Below are positions 10,378-18,878 of a stretch of DNA of 64,000 bases, in pieces. Source of the DNA: Clostridia bacterium (GTDB lineage: Bacteria; Bacillota; Clostridia; TANB77; CAG-465); NCBI GenBank assembly GCA_900772475.1, contig CAAHEI010000008.1, positions 21,346 to 85,345 of the forward strand, given 5' to 3'. The first letter of the stretch is position 1; each line of letters opens with the position of its first letter. Under the pieces are notes generated by a model that saw nothing but the letters and a program-made list of their open reading frames with translations, did no database searches and was not told the DNA's origin. The position numbers were made by a program, and so were the translations under genes.

Positions 10378-10620
10378 ATGAAAATAACAAAATATAATGA
10401 ATTTAGAAATATATCAGGAAATAAACTAAGTGAATTAAGAAAAGCAAATAAAATGTCTCAACAAGATTTAGCTGAAAAATTGCAATTAGAAGGTATTGAT
10501 TTGACTTGTAAAGAAATCTCTAAAATTGAAAATAATAAAAGGCTAGTACAAGACTTTGAATTATTTGCTTTTGCTAAAATATTTAAAGTATCTGCAGATG
10601 AATTTAATGAAAATATTTAA
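10378..10620 (+). CDS. XRE-family helix-turn-helix transcriptional regulator
   Basis: 80 aa. LSELRKANKMSQQDLAEKLQL HTH_3-type motif. Divergent from the 150-aa/596-aa operon. Confidence 0.8.
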   Translation: MKITKYNEFRNISGNKLSELRKANKMSQQDLAEKLQLEGIDLTCKEISKIENNKRLVQDFELFAFAKIFKVSADEFNENI

Positions 10621-10758
10621 TTTTGGCTTAAGCTGAGTACTTATTCTCTATGTAGCTATATAAAAATCCATTCAAATGAATGGATTTTTGTAATATTTTA
10701 TTAAACTTTTTTTCCTCCCATAATCATTAAACAAGCTTGTCCTAACAACGATACTACT

Positions 10759-11682
10759 TCAGCATAAAACCAACCGGTGTTTAGCCAAATGATTACTTAA
10801 TCTTTTAAATAATGCTCCATTTTTTCCTAGTGTTTTTGTTTCTTTTATATTATCAAGATAGTCCTTAACTTCTTGCAATATTTCTTTTAATTCTTCTTTA
10901 TCTTCATTCCCTTTATCTTCTATCTTCTTTTCAATTTCATGAATTGAATTATCAATATTAATATTTAAATTTTCTATATCTCCCATATTAAATATTCCTG
11001 AATTATTAATATTATATGTATCTCCTGACATTTGTTTTAATTTTTCCATATACTTTTTCTCTCTTTCAAAATATGTTCTTCCTGCATCAGTTAACTCTGC
11101 ATAATATACAGTATCATCTGCCCAACTTACACTTATTAATCCATTATTTTTTAATGTTCCAATTATTCCTCTAATAATTCTATCTGTCTTATCTTCTTCT
11201 ATTTTTTCTCTTAATATATTTGCTATTCCTTTTTCAGTAAACTCATTATCTACCAATTCTTTTAATAAATCTTTTGCACTATCTGATAATTCATTAAACA
11301 ACTCTTCTCTCATTCCTTTCTTTTCAAAATAAGATAATCCAAGAGGAGTTATAAGTGCTTCCCAACCATTTAACCATATATCTCCTCTAGCAATATACCC
11401 TGTAATTCTTAACTTATATAGTATATCTTTTAATTGCTCATATATATAATTAGGAAATTTATTATACTCTCCTGTTGATATATTTCCATTTTCACTAAGA
11501 CACTCAATCATTATTCTTAAAGCTTCTTCTTCTACCTCATTTAATAAAGTCATTTCTACACCTTCTTTTACTGTTTTCTTAATGTCTATCTTTTTCTGTT
11601 CTTCTCTTATAATTTTTTCTAATGCTTTGTCAATTTTTTTCTCAAACTTTTTTGTATCAAATTTAAATTCTAATTTTGCCAT
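10759..11682 (-). CDS. hypothetical protein with two winged-helix-like repeats; possibly C-terminally frameshifted
   Basis: 307 aa. Two similar segments (LRITGYIARGD...ITPLGLSYFEKK and LKNNGLISVSW...LTDAGRTYFEREKK). An alternative frame continues for 43 codons through a hydrophobic helix. Confidence 0.5.
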   Translation of the reverse strand: MAKLEFKFDTKKFEKKIDKALEKIIREEQKKIDIKKTVKEGVEMTLLNEVEEEALRIMIECLSENGNISTGEYNKFPNYIYEQLKDILYKLRITGYIARGDIWLNGWEALITPLGLSYFEKKGMREELFNELSDSAKDLLKELVDNEFTEKGIANILREKIEEDKTDRIIRGIIGTLKNNGLISVSWADDTVYYAELTDAGRTYFEREKKYMEKLKQMSGDTYNINNSGIFNMGDIENLNINIDNSIHEIEKKIEDKGNEDKEELKEILQEVKDYLDNIKETKTLGKNGALFKRLSNHLAKHRLVLC

Positions 11683-11990
11683 ATCTTCTCCATATTTTTT
11701 ATATTATTACTTATAAATTCAATATTTAATAATATATTTTTCAATTTTTTTGAAAAATTTTTCAAAAAATATATACTTTTTTTAATTTTTATATTATAAT
11801 GAATCTGGATTAAGAATTCTAAATCTTTGAAAGTATACATAATTTGACTATTTGCTTAATCTATGTTATAATTTTAGTAGCAGTAAATATTTTAATATTT
11901 ATTGCATATAATATTAATGTATATTATTAATTTAATATATTTACTCATCTACCTAGTAGTAGAAGGAGTTTTCGAAAAAGTCATTTGATA

Positions 11991-12521
11991 CTAAATCAAT
12001 GGCTTTTTCTGTTTGCAATATTGTATATATTTTTTTCTCTTCTTTTCTAGAACTTCATCATAATGTATATAATATGCTGTTATTATTAAATAATAATTTC
12101 CTCTATCTTCTAAAACAACAAGATATCTAAAATCTTCAAAAAACAAATTTATTCTAAGTTTATTTCTATATATTTCTTCCCAATACTTAATTTTATTACA
12201 ATTTAAACAATTTTCTAAACAAGGATAGTTTTCAATGACAGGCTTTATCCAAGTTATTCTTTCTGCTCTCCTTAAATCTGGTAATCTATCATTTACATCT
12301 TTAGGATTATCTGATTCAGTTTTACAAGTTAAATGCGTAAATGCATGTTCTCTATTACCATCAAGTGGATATCTTTTAACGTAAACGGGCTTGTTATTAA
12401 AAATAGGATGATTATTTATAAATGTATCTACAAATAATTCATATAATTTATCTTCATACATTTTCCATTCACTTAAGTTTGAGCATTCTATTATATCTGG
12501 CAACCACTTGCAATTATTCAT
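11991..12521 (-). CDS. hypothetical protein (176 aa), translationally coupled to the DUF3800 gene
   Basis: Its ATG overlaps the upstream stop (ATGAATAA). Cys-rich (CSN, CKT, CLENCLNC). No family recognised with confidence. Confidence 0.55.
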   Translation of the reverse strand: MNNCKWLPDIIECSNLSEWKMYEDKLYELFVDTFINNHPIFNNKPVYVKRYPLDGNREHAFTHLTCKTESDNPKDVNDRLPDLRRAERITWIKPVIENYPCLENCLNCNKIKYWEEIYRNKLRINLFFEDFRYLVVLEDRGNYYLIITAYYIHYDEVLEKKRKKYIQYCKQKKPLI

Positions 12522-13245
12522 AACTTAAATGTTCCTTCTTATCAAGTGGAAAAATAAAAATATTAAATTTATTTTCTGCAGGTAATGTAGATTTTATTAA
12601 AGAATAACCTGTCTTTTCTTTAATATATCTTATTATCTCTAACTTTGCTTCACTTGTTTCTAGTTCTCTGTTTATATATCCTAGAGCTCCAATAAATAAA
12701 TCAACTATTTGTAATATTGAACTTTCTCTAGAATCTATTGCTTGTATATTATGTACAATATCTTTATTAAAGTCATATATATTATTAGATAAAACTTCTT
12801 GTAATTTATATCTTCTACTACTTCCTTTAGTGTCTTTAATGTCTAAATATATTTCATTTTTCATATTATTTTTTATTATTCTAGATAATAATTTAAAGTA
12901 CATTTTATAATACCATTCATCATGAGTTTGATTATATTCTTCATGATTTAGTAAATTTTTATTTCTAACAACTAAGCCTCTAAAAGATAAACCTTCATCT
13001 TTAAAAAAGTAATCTATAACTTCTTTATAAAAATCAATTTTATTCATAGATATTCTTGACCATTTAATTTCTGAATTTTTCCCTATATTATGTTTTATTT
13101 TTATTTCTTCAATTTCTTTAAATACTTTTTTCCTATGCCTCTTTTCGCAAGAAATTGCTCCTAGAACCATAACAGGAATATTATCATATTCTAGATGGCA
13201 ACTTTCATCGCAATATATATTATTTATAGGATAATCATATTCCAT
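12514..13245 (-). CDS. DUF3800 domain protein
   Basis: 243 aa. N-terminal IYCDES block and C-terminal LQIVDLFIGALGY block, the signature ends of DUF3800. Confidence 0.7.
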   Translation of the reverse strand: MEYDYPINNIYCDESCHLEYDNIPVMVLGAISCEKRHRKKVFKEIEEIKIKHNIGKNSEIKWSRISMNKIDFYKEVIDYFFKDEGLSFRGLVVRNKNLLNHEEYNQTHDEWYYKMYFKLLSRIIKNNMKNEIYLDIKDTKGSSRRYKLQEVLSNNIYDFNKDIVHNIQAIDSRESSILQIVDLFIGALGYINRELETSEAKLEIIRYIKEKTGYSLIKSTLPAENKFNIFIFPLDKKEHLSYE

Positions 13246-13275
13246 AACTTCCTCCTTATTTTAATATTTACTATA

Positions 13276-14388
13276 CTACTTATTTTCATCAATCCATTTA
13301 AGTATTTTTTCCATTAGTTTCTTATCTTCTTTATTTTCTTTATAATTCTTTAGCATATCTTGTATAATTATTTTCCACTCTTCAAAATCTTCTTTCTTTT
13401 GCTTATCTCCATTACTTCTTGAAACTTCCATAAATTTTTTTTGATATACTTTTCTGTATTCTTGTAATACTGGATCTTTTTCTAATTTTTCTTTATAGGT
13501 TTGTTTTGCACCTTTTTCTCTACAGCTTTTTCCATCTTCATTTGGTAAATCGCAGTATAATTCGTCTTGCCTAATTGAAGGCATAAAATATCTTCCACAA
13601 TGTTGACATTTTTTTATCGGTAAATTGTAATTTTTAGTTATTTGTTCTAATACTACAAATGCAATATTACTTAATTTTTCACTTGTATATACATTAGTCA
13701 TTGGTATAAAAGAATCATTTTTGTCTAACTCTTTAGTCAACTCCTCTAGTGATTGATTACCATATTTTAAATATTTATCTGAATATGTATCTAAAATAAC
13801 CTCTATATCACTAGAATATGAATATACATCGTTGTGATGTGTAACTAATGAAGCTATAAATTTAGAACTTGGTTTGTATTCTTTTAAATCTTCATTTCCA
13901 TTCAAATTGTATATAAAATCTACACATTTTCTAAAATTATATTGCATATCTGTTAAATATTCAAAACTATCTTCATATACTCTTTTCATTACTTTTACTA
14001 ATTCTTCTTCAGTTGAATATGTATTTGTCAATTCTTTAGCTGGTACATATTCTTTTAATAATTCAAATCCATACAAATAAAAAAATGTATTATAAGCATT
14101 ATCAAGGTTTGAAAAATCTGCATTTAATAAGTTTATTAGAAGTCTTCCAAACTGTTCAGCAAAAGGATAAAGAATAGTAGCTGGATGTTTTTGTGCAGAT
14201 ACTTTCTTACTTGGCTTCTTTTTGTAAAATCCCTTTTCTTGTATGATTTTTCTTTTATAATTTCCTAAATCATCATTAAAATCAGTTTTATACATATATA
14301 AAGGTGTTGAATAATATTCTTCTTTTGTTTCTGCATTAAACCATATATAAAACCCTTCATTAAAAGAATATTGAGGTAACTTACTCAT
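13276..14388 (-). CDS. hypothetical protein with C-terminal zinc-ribbon-like motif
   Basis: 370 aa. CQHCGRYF...LYCD...KSCREKG followed by a Lys/Glu-rich helix. First gene of a three-gene minus-strand operon next to xis/int. Confidence 0.55.
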   Translation of the reverse strand: MSKLPQYSFNEGFYIWFNAETKEEYYSTPLYMYKTDFNDDLGNYKRKIIQEKGFYKKKPSKKVSAQKHPATILYPFAEQFGRLLINLLNADFSNLDNAYNTFFYLYGFELLKEYVPAKELTNTYSTEEELVKVMKRVYEDSFEYLTDMQYNFRKCVDFIYNLNGNEDLKEYKPSSKFIASLVTHHNDVYSYSSDIEVILDTYSDKYLKYGNQSLEELTKELDKNDSFIPMTNVYTSEKLSNIAFVVLEQITKNYNLPIKKCQHCGRYFMPSIRQDELYCDLPNEDGKSCREKGAKQTYKEKLEKDPVLQEYRKVYQKKFMEVSRSNGDKQKKEDFEEWKIIIQDMLKNYKENKEDKKLMEKILKWIDENK

Positions 14389-14571
14389 TTCTTTTAACCT
14401 CCTTAAAAACTTTTGTGAAATATTTTAAAAATATTTTAGAAATATGTTGGCAAACTTTTTTGAGCATTGTATAATAATTTTACAATTTCAAAAGAGTCTG
14501 ACAAATCTTTCACAATATACTTCTATATTACTATATTTGTTTAAGGTTGTCAAGAAAGGAGGTAAAATACT

Positions 14572-14769
14572 ATGCAGAATTTACAAGAAACCGATATCAA
14601 GCTTTATTCAACGGATGATGTATGCAGATTATTGCATATAGGAAAAGAAAAATGCTTAAAGTTATTTCATTCAGAAAATTTTCCAAGTATTAAAATAGGC
14701 AGAAAATTTTGGATAAAAGCTGACTGCCTAAACGAATTCTTAAGCCACAAAAGAATTATGGCTGAGTAA
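14572..14769 (+). CDS. xis: excisionase-type helix-turn-helix DNA-binding protein
   Basis: 65 aa. YSTDDVCRLLHIGKEKCLKLF...FPSIKIGRKFWIKADCLNEFL (HTH_17/excisionase pattern). Strong SD AAAGGAGG. Confidence 0.75.
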   Translation: MQNLQETDIKLYSTDDVCRLLHIGKEKCLKLFHSENFPSIKIGRKFWIKADCLNEFLSHKRIMAE

Positions 14770-14914
14770 AAAAAGAAGACTTAATTCTGGAACAATTAAA
14801 TCTTCAAAAGCAATAAGGAAATACCTTATTAACTTAAACTAAATTTATTATACACAAAATTAAATAAAAATACAAGGTATTTCCTCAAATTTTAAAAGAA
14901 ATGGAGGAAAACTT

Positions 14915-16219
14915 ATGAAACAAAAAGGTATTACAACTGGAATTTATACAGAGAAGAAACCAAAGAAAAACTCAAATTTGCCTATGTGTCCTACTTGTAA
15001 GAAATGCAAAGATAGGTCTATATGCAAAAATAGAAGAAATTTAAGAAACTGTGAAATTTGCAAACAATGTACAGATAAAGACAACTGCGATAAATTCTAT
15101 CATTATATTAGAGCAAAAGCATTATTAACTATTGGCAAGAATATAGAAACTGGAGAACCAATAAGAAAGTCATTTACATCAGATACTGAAGATGAGGCTC
15201 TTGAACTCCTATATAAATACAAGATAGAAATGAAAGAAAATGGATCTGATTTTGATGATAGTCTAAAAAAGACTATAAAATCAATTGCAGATATAGGAAA
15301 AGAATTAGAAGATTCTAAATATAGAAAAGGAAAAACTAAAGGAAATGCTTATATAACTAATATAGCTACTCTAAATAGAATTAAAGCTAATAAATTTGCA
15401 AATATCCCAATAAATCAAGTTAAGAAAACTCAAATAGAACGATTTTTAGAAGATGAAAGATCAAAGTCAAATTCAGTTATAAAAAAGGACGTTTCTATGT
15501 TAAAGAAAATATTTGAAACAGCATTTGATAATAAATATATATCTACTACCTTATTTCAAAGTATAAATACAATAGAAAAGCCTAGAAGTATAAAAGAAGA
15601 TAAAGATGTTAAAGCATTAAGCTACAATTAACAACTTAAATTAGTTGAGTATTTAGAAACAAATAATGTAAAGCATAAAAATATAATTCTTATGTGCCTA
15701 TATACAGGTATGAGAATAGGCGAAATTTTAGCTTTAAATTATAAAGAAGACATTGACCTAGATAGTATGCAAATAACAGTAAGAAGAACATTAACTAAAA
15801 ACAAGGATGGTAAAACAGTAGTTGGACCTCCTAAAACTAATAATGGAAAAAGGCTATTACAGATTAATGAATTTACTGAAAAGGTATTAAGAGATTCATT
15901 AGATAATGTTATAAAGAATAAAAGCAATGTGCTATTCTGCCACCCAGATGGAAAGCTTATTGAAACAAATACTATAAATTCTCATTTTAAAAGAGTTTAT
16001 AAAAATGCTGGAATAATTGGAGATTATAGTTTGCATTGTTTAAGGCATACCTATGCGACTCGTTGTATAGAAGCTGGTGTAGAATTACCAGTATTACAAG
16101 CATTAATGGGACATGCCAATATACAAACAACAATTGATGAATATGGAGATATTTTTAAATATCTTGAAATATCAAACCATAAAAAATATGTAAATTATAT
16201 AAAAAATGGAAGAATATAA
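14915..16219 (+). pseudogene. int: tyrosine integrase interrupted by a single in-frame TAA (15629-15631)
   Basis: ORFs 14915-15631 and 15692-16219 are in the same frame, with only one stop between them (..ALSYN*QLKLVEYLE..). The C-terminal part has TGMRIGEILAL (Arg I), HCLRHTYAT (H-x-x-R) and GHANIQTTIDEYGD (His/Tyr region). Confidence 0.8.
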
Positions 16220-16319
16220 AATAAAGGAACTGTTTGGAAAAATTGTTCAGAAAAATATTTTCAATACAGAGAAGTATTGAAAACAGTGGAACATAGCCGT
16301 TAATACAACTTTACCACCT

Positions 16320-16342
16320 CGACCATTTTTTTGCAATTTTTA
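16320..16342 (+). repeat. attR core (direct repeat copy 2)
   Basis: Exact 23-nt match to 4946-4968. Confidence 0.85.
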
Positions 16343-16375
16343 TTAGATTGTATATGACTAAATATAAAGTAAAAT

Positions 16376-16412
16376 AGTATTAATCAAAAGGTTTGGTTAA
16401 TGCTATTTTTTG
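16376..16412 (+). terminator. intrinsic terminator (probable original tRNA-Pro terminator displaced by the insertion)
   Basis: Stem TAGTATTAA/TTAATGCTA followed by TTTTTTG. About 80 percent identical to the hairpin at 4999-5037. Confidence 0.55.
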
Positions 16413-16741
16413 CTCTAAATTTGGTTTGAGTTCTTTAGTTGACTTTCTATTGAATCCAATATACTTGACTTAATATATCTCTGCCAATTATAGCAATATT
16501 TAAATTTATTTCTATTTCTTACCATTCACTACAATTAGATATTACTGCAAGAGGTGCTACACACACTATATCTCATACCTTGTATTTCCACTTTCTTTTC
16601 ATTCTCTTATCTGTTAACCTTTTTGCTTGATTTTTTAGATGCTTTAATTTTGATATGCTTATTTTTTCAATTTTTGCATTTTTATTGATTTTATAAAACC
16701 TTTTTGATAAAATAAATTCATAAAATAGAAAGGATTTTGTT

Positions 16742-17212
16742 ATGGAAGATATATGTGTTATGTTAGATGGATATAAATTTAATTATAGAGTAGCTGCTAT
16801 AATAAAAAAAGATTGTAAAATTTTGTTACATAAAAGTAAGAAAGATAATTTTTATGCAATACCGGGTGGACGTGTAAAAGTTGGAGAATTATCTATTAAA
16901 ACTTTAAAAAGAGAATTTATAGAAGAAATTGGAAAAGATATTAATGTTAAAGATTTTACTGGATTAGTTGAAAACTTTTTTAAATATAACGGAAAAAAAT
17001 ATCATGAGATAATGTTTCTTTTTAATGTAGAATTTGTTGATAATGATTTATATAATGTTGAAAAAATTACAGGATTAGAGGAAAACGGTAAAATAGAATT
17101 TATATGGAAAAATATTAATGAATTAAAAAAGCTAGATGTGAGACCTGTATTTTTAAAAGAAAAATTGTTAAAAACAGAGGAAATAGGTCATATTATAAAC
17201 AACAAGTTATAA
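16742..17212 (+). CDS. NUDIX hydrolase
   Basis: 156 aa. Nudix box GRVKVGELSIKTLKREFIEEIG (G-x5-E-x7-REUxEExGU). Confidence 0.85.
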   Translation: MEDICVMLDGYKFNYRVAAIIKKDCKILLHKSKKDNFYAIPGGRVKVGELSIKTLKREFIEEIGKDINVKDFTGLVENFFKYNGKKYHEIMFLFNVEFVDNDLYNVEKITGLEENGKIEFIWKNINELKKLDVRPVFLKEKLLKTEEIGHIINNKL

Positions 17213-17490
17213 TAAAATATGTATTTTTATGTTTTTAATTAAATTGGAATTTTATTATTCAAAACATACATTAATTATTTTTTGAAAATACACATAATTC
17301 AAAAACTTTAACTGTTATTTTACAATGTTCTATAGAATAAACATCAGTTTTATACATAGTTACTCCCATTAATGACATTTTGCAACAAATACCATTTTTG
17401 GATAATTTTTCTTAATTCTATATTTTCTTAGAAATTGATTATTTAAAAAAATGTTAAAGAAATAAAAAATATGTAAGGAGAGTGTATATT

Positions 17491-17946
17491 ATGAGAGCAC
17501 CGTTTCAAGTTTTAGTTATACCATATAAAATAATAAATAACGAAATATTATATGGAATTTTTTTAAGATCAGATATGAAAGTTTGGCAAGCAATATCTGG
17601 AGGTGGCGAAGATGATGAAACACCAATAGAAGCTGCAAAAAGAGAAGCAAATGAAGAAGCCGGTATTGATTATAGTGCTAATTATATTAAGCTGGATTGC
17701 ACTTGTACTATACCAGTCGAATTTGTTACAGGAAAATTCACTTGGGGAAAAGATGTATATGTTTTAAATGAATATACTTTTGGGGTAGATGTAACAGATA
17801 AAAACATTGTATTATCTGATGAGCATGACGATGTAAAATGGTTAACATATGATGAAGCTAAAAAGGTTTTAGAATGGGATAGTAATACAAGTGCTTTGTG
17901 GGAATTAAACAAACGCCTGTTAAGAAAATTGGGAAAGGATCTTTAG
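17491..17946 (+). CDS. NUDIX hydrolase
   Basis: Nudix box GGGEDDETPIEAAKREANEEAGI. The ATG at 17491 lies 8 nt after AAGGAGAG; the track ORF begins at a GTG at 17482. Confidence 0.85.
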   Translation: MRAPFQVLVIPYKIINNEILYGIFLRSDMKVWQAISGGGEDDETPIEAAKREANEEAGIDYSANYIKLDCTCTIPVEFVTGKFTWGKDVYVLNEYTFGVDVTDKNIVLSDEHDDVKWLTYDEAKKVLEWDSNTSALWELNKRLLRKLGKDL

Positions 17947-18038
17947 CAACTAGTATGAGAAAAAAATATATATAGCAGAATCATCAACAAAATTTTAACA
18001 TTTACACAAGAGTTACAATATAAAAATGTAGGTTTTCC

Positions 18039-18165
18039 TATAATAATCAAGTAGGAACTAAGTGATTATTTCACTTAGTGTCCTCTCACACCACCACTGC
18101 ATGCCGTCTGGCACAGGGCGGTTGGCTGATGCACTAATCATTTATTTGATTAGTGTTTTCTTTTG
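18039..18165 (+). ncRNA. candidate small RNA or MITE-like module (unclassified)
   Basis: TATAAT at 18039-18044, hairpin at 18054-18083, a GC-rich core at 18083-18130 (30 of 48 nt G/C by hand count), then a terminator hairpin CACTAATCA/TGATTAGTG plus a T-run at 18132-18165. No ORF. Confidence 0.3.
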
Positions 18166-18241
18166 CAATTCCTTTAATGCACGATAGCTATCAATTTTAA
18201 ATATTTTATTTCTATTAGTTATCCACCAATACATAATATTA

Positions 18242-18877
18242 TTACAAATTTATATATATTTCTTTACTTTTAGTAATGCTTGTCCTACTAATAGTGACAC
18301 CTTCACCCATATTTGGATGATAGTGAGAATATATAACATCAATAGTAAACAAAAATGTAAGTATTACACATATTGGAACTAAAATGTAATTAGATAATTT
18401 ATTAAATACTTTACTTAACTTAGGAGCAAGTAAATATACGACTGCACAGCCACCAATTCCAAATACAATTGCTCCCTCTAAACATACTCTTCCATTTATA
18501 TTTAAAAGATAGTTACTATAATCCCACCATCTTACCCCTTTAGTTACTTCTAAATACCAACTAGTAATGTACTCAATAACTGTACAAAGTATAGTCATTG
18601 AAAAGAATGTTACAATAGGTTTGTTAAACATTTTTCTTAACAACAGCAAAATTAAAACGCCTCCACTTCCATATATTGGAAGCCATGGCCCTAATAATAC
18701 ACCTCTATTTACCAGTTTACCTGTTTGAACTAAAACTAAACAAACTTCCCAAATCCAACCTATAAAAGAAAAAGCAAAAAAGAATAATATGTAATCTGTT
18801 ATTTTATACAATCTTCCATACTCATTTTTAGGATTTGTAATTTTATCTCTAGTATTTTTTATTTTTTCTTTAATCAT
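18242..18877 (-). CDS. polytopic membrane protein (resembles putative ABC-transporter type IV / DUF1113 family)
   Basis: 211 aa, several TM helices. FSFIGWIWEV block near the N-terminus. Confidence 0.5.
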   Translation of the reverse strand: MIKEKIKNTRDKITNPKNEYGRLYKITDYILFFFAFSFIGWIWEVCLVLVQTGKLVNRGVLLGPWLPIYGSGGVLILLLLRKMFNKPIVTFFSMTILCTVIEYITSWYLEVTKGVRWWDYSNYLLNINGRVCLEGAIVFGIGGCAVVYLLAPKLSKVFNKLSNYILVPICVILTFLFTIDVIYSHYHPNMGEGVTISRTSITKSKEIYINL

Positions 18878-18878
18878 A

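Larger units (their letters stand above)
4946..16342. mobile_element. integrative mobilizable element (~11.4 kb) inserted at the 3' end of tRNA-Pro
   Basis: Bounded by the identical 23-bp direct repeat CGACCATTTTTTTGCAATTTTTA. Contains RepA_N, a MobV relaxase, TnpV, Xis and a tyrosine integrase (interrupted) plus cargo. No T4SS genes. Confidence 0.85.

Noticed and set aside
11736-11772. Overlapping palindromes ATTTTTCAA-N5-TTGAAAAAT-TTTTCAAAAAAT upstream of the 307-aa cargo gene, a possible operator.
   Set aside because: It is extremely low-complexity A/T sequence. By eye it cannot be distinguished from a chance palindrome or from promoter UP-element-like DNA.
16343-16741. 400-bp non-coding stretch between attR and the first NUDIX gene, checked for remnants of a second element or a pseudogene.
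   Set aside because: No open frame, repeat or recognisable motif was found beyond the displaced tRNA terminator hairpin.
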